From the NCBI GenBank assembly GCA_963806225.1, contig CAWDXG010000004.1, positions 3,168,001 to 3,232,000 of the forward strand: a stretch of 64,000 nucleotides of DNA, in the 5' to 3' direction. Source of the DNA: an uncultured delta proteobacterium (GTDB taxonomy: Bacteria > Myxococcota_A > Polyangia > Polyangiales > Polyangiaceae). Below the pieces are notes generated by a model. The model saw only the letters and a list, made by a program, of their open reading frames with translations. It was not told where the DNA came from and searched no databases. Every line of letters starts with the position of its first letter. Positions within the stretch are counted from its first letter, which is position 1. Positions 1 through 10,416 of the stretch are shown one piece after another. The position numbers and the translations under genes were made by a program.

Positions 1-72
1 GTTGGGGGACAGCCCCCACAGCCGGCCGCGTGGCGGATGGCTCGGCCGCCGCACCTGGCCTAGGCTCGCGCC

Positions 73-732
73 GTGTCGCTCCACTTCGATGAACGCGGCC
101 TGATCCCGGCTGTGGTGCAGGATCGCCTGACCGGACAGCTGCGCATGGTCGCCTGGATGAACCAGGAAGCGCTGCGCCGGACGCTGGAGAGCGGGCGTGC
201 GACCTTCTACAGCCGCTCGCGCGAAAGCCTCTGGGAAAAGGGCGAAACCAGCGGAAATGGGCTTAAAGTCGTATCGGTGACGGCGGACTGCGACGCCGAT
301 ACGTTGCTGGTGCTCGCGGATCCCGAGGGCCCCTCGTGTCACACGGGCCGCCCGAGCTGCTTCTTCCAGCGCGTTCTGCCCGACGGCTCGCTCGAAGAGC
401 TACCGGTCGAAGCCGGGCCCTTCCTGGCCGAGCTCGAGGATGTGATCCGGCAGCGCCAGTCGAGCCCCGCGGATCGGAGCTACACCCGCTCGCTGCTGGA
501 CGGCGGCGCGGAGCGGATCGGCAGCAAGATCCGCGAAGAAGCGGCGGAGTTGGCCCAGGCTATCGCGGAAGAGAGCGACGAACGGGTCGCCGCCGAGGCC
601 GGCGATCTCATCTATCATCTGCTGGTCGGCCTGCGCCTGAGGGGCGTGGATCTCGCCTCGGTCCTCTCGGTGCTCGCGGCGCGCTCGGGGACCAGTGGCC
701 ACACGGAAAAGGCGAGCCGCCGGCGCCGCTGA
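73..732 (+). CDS. hisIE: Bifunctional phosphoribosyl-AMP cyclohydrolase / phosphoribosyl-ATP pyrophosphatase
   Basis: GLIPAVVQD, LWEKGETSGN, DCDADTLL and CHTGRPSCF (HisI), followed by SYT..L, KIREEAAE and EAGDLIYHLLV (HisE). Confidence 0.96.
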   Translation: MSLHFDERGLIPAVVQDRLTGQLRMVAWMNQEALRRTLESGRATFYSRSRESLWEKGETSGNGLKVVSVTADCDADTLLVLADPEGPSCHTGRPSCFFQRVLPDGSLEELPVEAGPFLAELEDVIRQRQSSPADRSYTRSLLDGGAERIGSKIREEAAELAQAIAEESDERVAAEAGDLIYHLLVGLRLRGVDLASVLSVLAARSGTSGHTEKASRRRR

Positions 733-861
733 CCGCCGGGACCCGGCGAGCCCTTGGACAGGGGTTTGACCCCTTTCCAAGTGCCCGATATCGTAGGCTC
801 CCCGCGGCTCGCGCGAACGCGTGCTCCGCCTCACTTTCGTCCTCCTGCCGAGCGGTCACCG

Positions 862-3141
862 ATGCCAACCAAGGTTCTGGTTTTCGAGAGCGATCCTGCC
901 TTCGCCAGCGAGCTGCAGAACGGCCTGGGCCGTTACGGCTGCGAGACGTCCCTGGTCGACGACGCCAACGTCGGCCTACAGGCGGCCGCCAGCGACACGC
1001 CGGATCTGATCCTGCTCTCGATCGAGCTGCCACGGATGAACGGCTTCTCCGTGTGCAACAAGCTCAAGCGCGATCCCGCACTCAAGAAGGTGCCGCTCAT
1101 CATCATGAGCAGCGACTCGACGGAAGAAACCTTCGAGCAACACCGGCGCCTGCGCACGCGCGCCGAGGACTACATCCACAAGCCCATCCCCTTCGACGAC
1201 CTGGTCGGCCGGATCAACGAGTTCGTGCAGCTCGGCACGCCCGCAGACGGCGCCGCCGCGCCGAGCGAGGCGCCGATGAGCGAAGAGGCCATCGTCATCG
1301 ACGACGAGATCGAGCTCGAGGGCGAGCCCGGGGAGGAAGCCGAGGAGGAGCCGGAAGAAGCCGCACCCGCGTCGATCGATGACGAGGTGAGCGACTTCGC
1401 CGAGCAGGCGTTCGACGCGCTGATGGACGACAGCGCCCCGGCCGAGCCCGCCGCCGCCGAACCGGCCGACGAAGTCGAGGAGGATGTCGCCGAAGAGGTG
1501 GAAGCCGAGGCCGCGGAAGAGGCGGAAGAAGCCGAACCCGAGCTGCCCGGACCGCCGCCCGCCCCATCGCCTCGACCCCGGATGTCGTCGATCCCACCGC
1601 GGCCGGAGACGAGCGGAGACGCGGGCCGCTTCCAGAGCCAGATCGACAAGCTCCAGGGGCGGACCGAGGAGCTGGAGGAAGAGCTGCGCGCGTCCCGCGC
1701 CCGCGTCGCCGAGCTGGAAGACGAAGGCAAGCGCGGCGCCTCGCGCGACCCGGAAGTCCAACGCCTGCAGCGCGAGCTGGACGAGCTCAAGGCGAAGGCG
1801 ACCAGCGGCAAGGGGGGCGGCTCCGCCCGTGAGTTCCTCGACCTGCGCGAATCACTGAACAAGAAGGACAAGGAGATCCTCGATCTCCGCGACCAGGTCA
1901 CCAAGCGCGACAAGGAGCTGCTCACCCTGCGGGACAGCTCGCTCGGTCTGGAGCGCCAGCAGGCCGACTTCTCCGATCGTATCGAAGAGCTGGAAAAGGA
2001 GGTCGCCGACGCACAACGGAACGTCGATGCGCTGCGCGCGGACAAGGAGCAGGCCAGCAAGCGCGCCGACGACTTCAAGCGCAAAGCCGAGAAGCTTGCC
2101 GGCGATCTGGAAGCCCGTGGGCAGGAGATCACCGAGCTCAAGGAGAAGCAGGAAGAGGAGCTCGCGACGCGGGACGCGCGCGAGGCTGCGCTACGGGCGG
2201 ATCACCAGCAGGCCCTGGACCAGGCCGAACAGGCCAAGCAGGCGGCGGTCGAAGAAGCCGAGGAACAGGGACGCCAGAACGTCGTCCAGGCCATCGCCGA
2301 GACGAAGGAGACCGCCGCCGCGGAGCTGGAGCAGGCGCTGGCCGAGGCGGCCGAGACGGCTGCCAGCGCGCAGTCCGAGGCGATCGCCGAGCGCGAGGCC
2401 GAGCTCAAGAAGGAGTCCGACTCCAGGTTGGCTGCGCTGCATCGCGCCAACGAAGACGCGATGAGCAAGCTCAAGGCCCAACACGAGCAGGCGATGAGCG
2501 AAGCCGAGCAGGCCGCCGCCGATCGACTCGCCGCGCGCGAAGCCGAGCTGGGCGAACAGCACTCCGCCGAGGTGGCGGAGCTGACCAGCGCCCACGACGC
2601 GACCAAGGCCGAGCTCTCGAGCACCCAGCAGACGCTTGTCGAGGTCCGCGAAGCCAAGGAAGAGGGCGAAGCCAGCCGCGACGCGAAGATTGCCTCGCTC
2701 GAGAGCGAGCTCGGGGAGCGCACAAGCGAGCGCGACCAGGCGAACGAGACGATCGCCGCGCGCGACGCGAACATCGTGGCGCTCGAAAGCGAGCTGTCCA
2801 CGCGCACCGAGGAGCGCGACAGCGCGCGGCAGACCATCGAGGAACGCGACTCGAAGATCGCGTCGCTGGAAAGCGAGCTCGCGGCCCGCACCGAAGAGCG
2901 TGACACCGCCAACCAGACCATCGAGCAGCGCGACAACACGGTCGCGTCGCTGGAAGCGGCGCTAGCGGCGACCAAGGGCGACCTGGAACAGACCGAGAGC
3001 GCACTCCAGGGCGAGCGAGCGCGCCTGCAGAAGGCGCGCAGCAAGTGGTCGGACGATTCGGCTTCGCTCGAGCGAGCGAAGGACGCCCTCGCGGCCGCCC
3101 TCGCCCAGATCGAGGAAGCCGAAGGGCGTCCGATCGAATAG
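862..3141 (+). CDS. FrzS/AglZ-like pseudo-receiver domain protein with acidic/Pro linker and long coiled coil
   Basis: N-terminal receiver fold (KVLVFESD...PDLILLSIELP..NGFSVCNKLK...EQHRRLRTRAEDYIHKP) has Ser at the phosphoacceptor Asp position. An E/A/P-rich linker and ~480 aa of heptads follow. ATG 862 preferred over the ORF-track start. Confidence 0.8.
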   Translation: MPTKVLVFESDPAFASELQNGLGRYGCETSLVDDANVGLQAAASDTPDLILLSIELPRMNGFSVCNKLKRDPALKKVPLIIMSSDSTEETFEQHRRLRTRAEDYIHKPIPFDDLVGRINEFVQLGTPADGAAAPSEAPMSEEAIVIDDEIELEGEPGEEAEEEPEEAAPASIDDEVSDFAEQAFDALMDDSAPAEPAAAEPADEVEEDVAEEVEAEAAEEAEEAEPELPGPPPAPSPRPRMSSIPPRPETSGDAGRFQSQIDKLQGRTEELEEELRASRARVAELEDEGKRGASRDPEVQRLQRELDELKAKATSGKGGGSAREFLDLRESLNKKDKEILDLRDQVTKRDKELLTLRDSSLGLERQQADFSDRIEELEKEVADAQRNVDALRADKEQASKRADDFKRKAEKLAGDLEARGQEITELKEKQEEELATRDAREAALRADHQQALDQAEQAKQAAVEEAEEQGRQNVVQAIAETKETAAAELEQALAEAAETAASAQSEAIAEREAELKKESDSRLAALHRANEDAMSKLKAQHEQAMSEAEQAAADRLAAREAELGEQHSAEVAELTSAHDATKAELSSTQQTLVEVREAKEEGEASRDAKIASLESELGERTSERDQANETIAARDANIVALESELSTRTEERDSARQTIEERDSKIASLESELAARTEERDTANQTIEQRDNTVASLEAALAATKGDLEQTESALQGERARLQKARSKWSDDSASLERAKDALAAALAQIEEAEGRPIE
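2677..2970 (+). repeat. 84-bp (28-aa) tandem coding repeat, ~3.5 copies
   Basis: CGCGAC-initiated units at 2677, 2761, 2845 and 2929 encode RDxxIxxLESELxxRTxERDxAxxTIxx. Confidence 0.9.
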
Positions 3142-3161
3142 CGACTGGAAGCGCGGCGAGG

Positions 3162-3929
3162 TCAGCCGCAGGCTTCAACGATGTCGCGCAGCGCGCGACA
3201 GCCGTCCACCAGACGCGGCCCGGGCCGCCCGAGATACGCCTCGGGCACAGTGAACACGCGACGGTTCTCGAGCGCCGGAATGCCGCGCCAGGCCTCGCGC
3301 CGGTAGACGACGTCGGGACGGTACTTCTCCGGTTTGACGCCGCACCACGAGATCACGATCGCATCCGGACGCATCGCCCGCGCTTCCTCGTCGCTGATGG
3401 GTGCGCTCTTCACGTCGCGCGCGCCGAGCGGGTTTTCGCCGCCCGCGACCTCGAGCAGCTGGTTCACCCAGCTGTCGCGACCGGGCACGATCACGGGCTT
3501 CGGCCACCACTCGACCAGCACGCGCGGCCTCCGTCCGGCAGACGGAACAGGAGCCTCCAACACGCGCTGCATGTCGCGCACCAGCTCGTCGCCGCGACCG
3601 GGCACGAGGAGGCGCTCCGCGACAAGACGGATGTCTGCGTACACGTCCGCCACGCTCACCGGCTCGGGCGCAAGGTACGGCAGCCCGGCGCGCTCGAGCC
3701 CCGCCACAACGCTCTCGTGGCCCGGCACGGTCAGCGACGCCAGCACCAGATCCGGCTCGAGCGCCGCCACCCTTTCGATGTCGATCTGCAGGTCCGGACC
3801 GACCCGCGGCAGGCGAGCCACCACGGCGTCCGGATAGTCGCTGTGATCGTCGACCCCCACGAGCAGTTCGGCACAGCCCAGCGCGCAGACGATCTCGGTG
3901 TTCGAACAGGCCAGCGACACGACGCGCAC
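3162..3929 (-). CDS. Cobalamin/iron ABC-type substrate-binding protein (BtuF-like helical-backbone receptor)
   Basis: RVVSLACSNTEIVCALG, VGVDDHSDYP, IERVAALEPDLVL and RPGPRLVDG motifs; GTG start at 3929. Confidence 0.85.
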   Translation of the reverse strand: MRVVSLACSNTEIVCALGCAELLVGVDDHSDYPDAVVARLPRVGPDLQIDIERVAALEPDLVLASLTVPGHESVVAGLERAGLPYLAPEPVSVADVYADIRLVAERLLVPGRGDELVRDMQRVLEAPVPSAGRRPRVLVEWWPKPVIVPGRDSWVNQLLEVAGGENPLGARDVKSAPISDEEARAMRPDAIVISWCGVKPEKYRPDVVYRREAWRGIPALENRRVFTVPEAYLGRPGPRLVDGCRALRDIVEACG

Positions 3930-4101
3930 GCCTGGCGTCTTGCCATCGGCGCCCACCGAACGCCAGCAGGCGCCCGCGCTTGTGGACCTCCCCACGAGCG
4001 CGTAGCCTTGGCCCTGCTGAATGGGTGGTCCCGCGCACAAAACCGGGGCGGGGGGAGGTGTGTCTGCTGCGGGCGCTCCGTCTCCGTCGGAGCCCGAACC
4101 C

Positions 4102-6000
4102 ATGAGCGAGGGCTTCGGCTCGCCGCGCGCGCCGGATTCGCGCCCGAGCCGGCCGCACACTCCCATCCCTCCGGGCGTGTCGTGGGTGTTCGCGGGTTGG
4201 GGCAACGCCGAGAACATCAGCGACCTCGACAAGATGGAGACGCCCCGGGAGCCGAGCGCCGTAGCCCCGCAGCACAAGCTCGGACAGATCCGCGCCACGG
4301 CCATCTGCGGCAACGACATCACCTCGTCGGTGCTGTACGTCGTCGCCATCTGCACGACTTTTGCGGGTGTGTACGCGCCGATCGCGCTCGCGATGGTCGG
4401 CCTGGTGCTCTACCTGTTCCGCTCGATCTACGCCGAGGTCGGAAGTGCGCTGCCCCTCAACGGCGGTGCGTACAACGTGCTGCTCAACACGAGCAGCAAG
4501 GGCAAGGCGTCGCTGGCCGCCTGCCTGACGCTGCTTTCCTACATTGCCACCGCGGTCATCAGCGCCAACGAGGCGGTGCACTACGCCCACAACATCACGC
4601 ACGTCATTCCCCTGATGGCGGGCACGGTGGTGCTGCTCGGCATTTTCGCCATGCTCAATATCCTGGGCATCACCGAGAGCGCCGCCGTCGCCCTGGTGAT
4701 CTTCGCGCTGCATCTCGCCACGCTGACCGTGCTCACGCTGACGAGCGCCGCGCACGTCTACCACGACGGCTTCCGTCTGCTGGCCGAGAACTGGGCGCAT
4801 CCGCCCACCCAGGGTCTGGGGCGGGCGCTGTTCTTCGGCTTCGCCGCCGGCATGCTCGGTATCAGCGGTTTCGAGAGCTCCGCCAACTTCATCGAAGAGC
4901 AGAAGGACGGCGTATTCCCGAAGACGCTGCGCAACATGTGGATCGCCGTCTTCGTGTTCAACCCGCTGATCAGCCTGCTGGCTCTGGGTACCCTGCCGGT
5001 AGGCGAATTCGGCAACTACGACACCACGCTGCTCGCCGAGATGGGCGGGCGCGCCGCGGGCCAGTGGCTCGACTGGTGGATCGGCGTGGACGCGGTGCTG
5101 GTGCTGTCCGGCGCCGTCCTCACCAGCTACGTCGGCGTCACGGGCCTGGTGCGGCGCATGAGCCTGGACCGTTGCCTGCCCGAGTTCCTGCTGCGCGAGA
5201 ACCGCGCGCGCCATACGCCACACTGGATCATCATCTCCTTCTTCCTCCTGTGCTGTTCGATCCTGTTCATCACGCGGGGCAAGGTCTCGACGCTGGCCGG
5301 CGTGTACACCATCTCGTTTCTGGGCGTGATGATGCTGTTCGCCATCGGCAACCGTCTTTTGGCGATCAAGCGCGCGCGACTGCCCCGCGCGATCCGCGCG
5401 TCTTGGCTCACTGCGATGCTGGGCATGGCGGCTGTCGGCGCCGGACTGGTAGGCAATGTCCTCAAGTCCACGCAGCAGGCCGCGATCTTCCTCGTCTACT
5501 TCTCGATCACTGTGGCGGTAGTGGGTGCGATGTTCCTGCGCGTGAAGATCCTGCAGGCGCTGCTCTACATGGGGCAGGCCATCCAGGAAAAGGTGCGCGC
5601 GGCGAACGAGACGGTCGCCTTCTGGACGACGCGCAAGATCAAGGAGATCAACGCGCAGTCGATCATCTTCTTCACGCGCGGCGATGGGCCGGCCAACCTC
5701 AGGCGCGCCATCGAGTACGTGCTGGCCAACGAGAGCACGCACAACCTGATGGTGGTGCACGTGTATGACGACGAGAAGGACATTCCGCCACATCTGGCCG
5801 AACAGCTCCGCACACTGGACGAGATCTTCCCCGAGATCCGTATCGACTTCATTGCGGTCAAGGGACGGTTCGGGCCCGATCTCATCGCCAAGCTGAGCAA
5901 GCGGCTCGACGTGCCGAGGAACTACATGTTCATCGGCTGCCCGGGCGATCGCTTTCCCCACCAGATCGCCGATCTCGGCGGTGTGCGCTTGATCGTGTAG
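4102..6000 (+). CDS. APC-family amino acid permease with C-terminal soluble domain
   Basis: ATAICGNDITSSVLY, LPLNGGAYNVL and GISGFESSANF motifs; many hydrophobic helices. Start uncertain (4021/4102/4234). Confidence 0.88.
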   Translation: MSEGFGSPRAPDSRPSRPHTPIPPGVSWVFAGWGNAENISDLDKMETPREPSAVAPQHKLGQIRATAICGNDITSSVLYVVAICTTFAGVYAPIALAMVGLVLYLFRSIYAEVGSALPLNGGAYNVLLNTSSKGKASLAACLTLLSYIATAVISANEAVHYAHNITHVIPLMAGTVVLLGIFAMLNILGITESAAVALVIFALHLATLTVLTLTSAAHVYHDGFRLLAENWAHPPTQGLGRALFFGFAAGMLGISGFESSANFIEEQKDGVFPKTLRNMWIAVFVFNPLISLLALGTLPVGEFGNYDTTLLAEMGGRAAGQWLDWWIGVDAVLVLSGAVLTSYVGVTGLVRRMSLDRCLPEFLLRENRARHTPHWIIISFFLLCCSILFITRGKVSTLAGVYTISFLGVMMLFAIGNRLLAIKRARLPRAIRASWLTAMLGMAAVGAGLVGNVLKSTQQAAIFLVYFSITVAVVGAMFLRVKILQALLYMGQAIQEKVRAANETVAFWTTRKIKEINAQSIIFFTRGDGPANLRRAIEYVLANESTHNLMVVHVYDDEKDIPPHLAEQLRTLDEIFPEIRIDFIAVKGRFGPDLIAKLSKRLDVPRNYMFIGCPGDRFPHQIADLGGVRLIV

Positions 6001-6016
6001 CCTAGCGCCCACGCGC

Positions 6017-7319
6017 ATGGGCGACTCCGCGAGCACCACCACCGAACGCCGCGATCGCTACGTGGCGTGGGGGCTGACGTGGCTCACGTACGCGACGTAC
6101 TACACCGGCCGCAAGGGCTTCAGCGTCGCGAAGAAGGCGATCACCGAGCACCTCGGCGTCCCGGTCGCCGCGCTCGGACTCATCGATACAGCGTACCTGG
6201 CAGCCTACGCGGTCGGACAGTTCGTCAGCGGCACGCTCGGCGATCGCATCGGCGCGCGGCGGCTCATCGGCTACGGCATGCTGCTCAGCGCGGCGGCCTG
6301 TGCGGCGTTCGGCTCGATGAGCTCGGCGCTGCTCTTCGGCGTACTGTTCTGCGTCAACGGCTTCGCGCAGTCGACGGGTTGGCCCGGCACGACGCGCGCC
6401 ATGGCGGAATGGACCACGCCGAAGAACCGCGGGTCGGTGATGGCGTTCTGGGCAACGTGCTACCAGGTGGGCGGCGTCGCGGCGACCGCGTTCGCGGGCT
6501 ACCTGCTGGGGCGCTACGGCTGGCGCGCAGCCTTCTACGGTCCGGCGCTGTGGATCGCCGTCGTCGCGATCCTGGTGCTTGTGTTGCTCAAGCCCGGGCC
6601 CAGCGCCCAGACCCGCGTCAGCGCCGACGCCGACGTGCCGACGGATGGGAGCGAGCCGCCGCCCGACGCCGACAAGCCGCTCGAAGGCGAAGAACTGCTC
6701 GCCGTGCGGCGCCGCGCACAGCGCGAGGTCCTCAAGAGCCCGGTGCTCTGGTCGTACGGCCTTTCGTACTTCTTCATCAAGCTAATCCGCTACAGCCTGC
6801 TGTTCTGGCTGCCGTTCTACCTGGCCAAGCAGCTCGGTTACGCGGAGACGGAGGCGGCCTACGTCTCGACCGCGTTCGACGTGGGCGGCATCGCCGGCGT
6901 GATCGTGATCGGCATCGTCTCCGACCGGCTCCGGAGCGTGTCGCGCTCGCTGCTCTCGGCGCTGTGGCTGTTCGGGCTCGCAGCAGCGCTGCTCGTCTAC
7001 GCCGGGCTGGGCACCCCCGCCGTCGGCGTCAACGTCGCGATGCTGGGCGCTGATCGGCGCCATGCTGTTCGGCCCCGACTCGCTGATCTCCGGCGCCGCG
7101 GCGCAGGACGCGGGCGGTCCTCACGCGGCGGCCATGGCCACCGGCTTCGTCGACGGCGTCGGCTCCATCGGCGCCGTGCTCGAGGGCCTGCTGGTCCCCT
7201 GGGTGAGCAATCGCTTCGGCTGGCACTCGTTGTTCATCCTGTTCGTCGCCTGCGCCGTCGTCGGCGGTCTGTGCCTGCTGCCGACCTCGCGCCGCGTCCC
7301 CGCCCCCCGCACCGACTAG
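6017..7319 (+). CDS. MFS transporter, GlpT/UhpC (OPA)-like; frameshift near 7048
   Basis: YYTGRKGFSVAK, GDRIGARR, QSTGWPG and LFWLPFYL. The C-terminus (GPDSLISGAAAQD...GFVDGVGSIG) continues in the 7062-7319 frame after one extra G. Confidence 0.85.
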
Positions 7320-7363
7320 CAGAACAACCGAATCCCTGCCCCCTGGCCCCTTCGACGCCTGCC

Positions 7364-8116
7364 TCAGCGCTCGAAGCGCCGCCAGCTGCCGTTGATCAGC
7401 CGCTCGTGCGGCATGTAGCGCGCCTTGTACTGCATGGCATCACAGTCGGCGATGTACAGCCCGAGGTACAGGAAGCGCAGACCCCAGTTCCGGCACAGCT
7501 CCACCTGCTTCATGATGGAAAACGTACCGGGGCTCGCGCGTTCGAAGGCGGGGTCGTAGTAGCAGTACACCGCAGAGAGCGCGTTCTGTCCGTGGTCGGA
7601 CAGTGCAATCGCGACCAGCTCGCCGTCGATCCGAAGTAGCGGATCTCGAAGCTGTCGCAACAGCTGCTGACCAGGAAATCGCGATAGCCTTCCGCGATCG
7701 ATGGGCGGCTGTCCGTCGCCGAGCCCGCGTTCGCGCTTGTGCAGGTTGTACAGCGCAACCCGACGCGAATCGACAACGGGCACCCCGATCTCCACGTCGA
7801 ACAGTTGCTGGCCGCGTACGAAGGCGCGCCGCTGCGAACGGTCCGGCGAAAACCGGGTCACGTCGATGCGGATGGGCTCGCAGGCGCGACACGCCGGGCA
7901 GGCCGTCCGGTACAGGACGTAGCCCTGACGGCGGTCGCCAGCGAGGAGTCGATCGTCGAGCTCCTCGCGCGACAGCTCGCGCGTCGGCAGCCTGAGCGGC
8001 AGACGCGCGACGCGCCCGTCGAGGTATGGGCAGGGGCCCGGCTTGTCGTACACGACGAGCTCGGGTGGACTGCCAGGCAGGATAGGAATCGTCACGGCCT
8101 CGCTCGACGTTCCCAT
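7364..8116 (-). CDS. Arginyl/leucyl-tRNA-protein transferase (ATE/Bpt family); compensating frameshifts ~7630-7700
   Basis: CPYL, GDRRQG..LYRTACPACRAC, SAVYCYYDP, SPGTFSI and YLGLYIADCDAMQYK motifs. Confidence 0.88.
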   Translation of the reverse strand: MGTSSEAVTIPILPGSPPELVVYDKPGPCPYLDGRVARLPLRLPTRELSREELDDRLLAGDRRQGYVLYRTACPACRACEPIRIDVTRFSPDRSQRRAFVRGQQLFDVEIGVPVVDSRRVALYNLHKRERGLGDGQPPIDRGRLSRFPGQQLLRQLRDPLLRIDGELVAIALSDHGQNALSAVYCYYDPAFERASPGTFSIMKQVELCRNWGLRFLYLGLYIADCDAMQYKARYMPHERLINGSWRRFER

Positions 8117-8120
8117 CCCA

Positions 8121-8639
8121 CTAGCGTAATGCGCTCGCTGGCCAGGAGGCGGCCGAGGCGGGGCATGAATCTGGTCGACGGCGCCCTGGACCCTTGATAG
8201 ATCCGGCGATTTGGCGCCCACTATCCCGACCGTCTTCCGTTGGCACTGCAAACAGCGGGATGTACTCCGAGCGGTAGCCGTCGCGCGCCAGCGCCTTGCC
8301 GCTCTGGTCGAGGTCGAACTCGATGAAGCGCACGCCCGCCAGCTGCTTGTCGAGCTGCCCCGAGGCGAGTGCCTTGTGGAAGCGCCGACACGGCTCGCAC
8401 CACGTAGCGCCGACATAGACCACGACGCGCTCCCCGGCGCGCCGCGCACGCAAGAGCTCGGAGTGGATGAAGGGCGCGACCGAGTCGACGTTCCGCGGCC
8501 CCTCGACGATCTGCGGTCGGTGCGCCGCCTTGGCGGGCTCTGCCGAGACGGCCGTCGGTGCTGGAGCGGCGTCGGAGCTCTTGCACGCGGGAAGCCCGAG
8601 CAGCGCCAGCACACCGACCCATCGAACGACAGCCATCAC
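8121..8639 (-). CDS. Thioredoxin-fold lipoprotein
   Basis: Lipobox-like LPAC, GATWCEPC CxxC motif and YIP cis-Pro motif. The C-terminus looks frameshifted. Confidence 0.75.
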   Translation of the reverse strand: MMAVVRWVGVLALLGLPACKSSDAAPAPTAVSAEPAKAAHRPQIVEGPRNVDSVAPFIHSELLRARRAGERVVVYVGATWCEPCRRFHKALASGQLDKQLAGVRFIEFDLDQSGKALARDGYRSEYIPLFAVPTEDGRDSGRQIAGSIKGPGRRRPDSCPASAASWPASALR

Positions 8640-8703
8640 GCAGTGAGCATAGCAAACCGGACCCACACGCAAGCCCGAGCGCGCGGGCACGCGAGTGCAA
8701 CGC

Positions 8704-10026
8704 CTAGATCCCAGCGCGACGGGCGAGCCGGTTGGCCTGGGTGCGCGCTGTCGCCGCGACGCGCGGCGCGTCGAGGGTCGTCAGGGCGCCGCTGTCCACC
8801 ACCTGTTCGCCACCGACAAAGACGTGCTCCACGTCGCGCGCCTGTGCGGCGTAGACCAGCACGCTGACGGGGTCGAGCGCCGGCGCGACATGCACGCCGT
8901 CAGTGCGCACCACGACCAGATCGGCTTCCTTGCCGGGCTCGAGCGACCCGATGCGCGCTTCCAGCCCCAGCACGCGCGCACCGTCGAGGGTTGCCATGCG
9001 GAGCACGTCGCGCGCGGGCAGTACGCCGGGCCCGGCTCGCACGCTGGACAATAGCGCCGCATGGCGGATTTCCACCCACGGGTCGAGGTTGTTGTTGCAG
9101 GGTGCGCCGTCGGGGCCCAGCCCGACCACCACGCCCTCGGCCCGCATCGCGGCGACGCGCGCAATGCCGCTGCCAAGCTTCAGGTTGGCACTCGGGCAGT
9201 GCACCACTCGAGTGCCGTCGCGGGAAAGCTGCCGCACCTGGCCCGGCGTCAGCTGCGCGCCGTGCGCGATCGACGCGCGGGGACCGCGCATGCCCCAACG
9301 CCTGAGCAGCGTCACGTCGTCGGCGCCCAGCGCCGCGCGGACGGCGGCGCGCTCGCCCGGGTGCTCCGCGGCGTGCGTGTGGAACAGCGCGCCGCCCTCA
9401 CGTGCCCGCTCCACCGCGCCGCGCACCAGCGCTTCGGTGCACGACAGGATGAAGCGCGGGATCCAGGCGTAGCCCACGCGACCGGAAGGGTGACCGCTCC
9501 AGGTCCGCTCCAGGCGCTCGGCGTCGGCGAGCTCGCGGCGCGTGCTCTGCCGGAGCCGGCGCGGCACGCCGGCGCCGCTGTCCATCAGCGTCTTCCCGCC
9601 GACCACGCGGATCCCCGAGCGCACGCAGGCGTCGAACACCGCATCGTGGTGGTGCACCGTCCCCAGATCGAGGATCGCGGTCACGCCCGCGCGCAGCATC
9701 TCGGCCAGCCCGACCTCGGCGCTGGCGGTGATGCTCGCTTCGTCGTGCGCCGCTTCCAGCGGCCACACGCGCCGCCTCAGCCAGTCGAGCAGCGGCAGAT
9801 CGTCGGCCATGCCGCGCATCAGCGCCTGGCACAGGTGCACATGCGACATCACCAGGCCGGGCAGCACGATGCGGCCCTTCACGTCCAGCACGCGGGCCCC
9901 GCGCCGTGGCCGCACGCGCCCGATGCCGGCGATGCGTCCATCGCGAACGAGCACGTCGCCTTGGAGCACGCGGCTGTCCGCGTCACACGTCACCAGCGTG
10001 CCACCTCGCAGACAGAGCTCGCTCAT
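8704..10026 (-). CDS. Amidohydrolase, MTA/SAH/5'-deoxyadenosine deaminase-like
   Basis: PGLVMSHVHLCQ, HTHAAE, HCPSANLKLGSG, GPDGAPCNN and GSLEPGKEADL motifs; in an operon with cdd and PNP. Confidence 0.85.
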   Translation of the reverse strand: MSELCLRGGTLVTCDADSRVLQGDVLVRDGRIAGIGRVRPRRGARVLDVKGRIVLPGLVMSHVHLCQALMRGMADDLPLLDWLRRRVWPLEAAHDEASITASAEVGLAEMLRAGVTAILDLGTVHHHDAVFDACVRSGIRVVGGKTLMDSGAGVPRRLRQSTRRELADAERLERTWSGHPSGRVGYAWIPRFILSCTEALVRGAVERAREGGALFHTHAAEHPGERAAVRAALGADDVTLLRRWGMRGPRASIAHGAQLTPGQVRQLSRDGTRVVHCPSANLKLGSGIARVAAMRAEGVVVGLGPDGAPCNNNLDPWVEIRHAALLSSVRAGPGVLPARDVLRMATLDGARVLGLEARIGSLEPGKEADLVVVRTDGVHVAPALDPVSVLVYAAQARDVEHVFVGGEQVVDSGALTTLDAPRVAATARTQANRLARRAGI

Positions 10027-10416
10027 CGATGGAACCTGAACGGCGCAGGCAGGAGCTCGGCCAGGGTCGAGCGACGCTCCGACGAGGGACCCACCGCGAC
10101 CACCGGCACGTCGCCGTCGGCGAACTCCATCAGCGCCTGCCGGCAGATACCGCAGGGCATGGCCGGTTCGTCCGCCTCGGTGTAGACGACCACAGCCGAG
10201 AGCCGCTCTTCGCCCGCGGCAACCATCTGCGCGATCGCCCCGCGCTCGGCACAAACGGTCGCGCCGTAGCTGGCGTTTTCCACGTTGCAGCCGGTATACA
10301 CCCTGCCCGCTCGCGCCGCGCAGGGCGGCGCCCACCTTGAAACCCGAGTACGGTGCGTAGGCGCGGCTCTGCACCTGCCGCGCAGCCTCGACCAGCTCGC
10401 GCTCGTCCGTACTCAT
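10023..10416 (-). CDS. cdd: Cytidine deaminase; frameshift near 10307
   Basis: AYAPYSGFKVGAAL in one frame, then GCNVENASYGATVCAER and PCGICRQ in the next. Confidence 0.9.

Noticed and set aside
8704..10416. Apparent 570-aa cdd-amidohydrolase fusion in the ORF track
   Set aside because: Produced by the frameshift near 10307; cdd ends at 10023 and the amidohydrolase has its own ATG at 10026.
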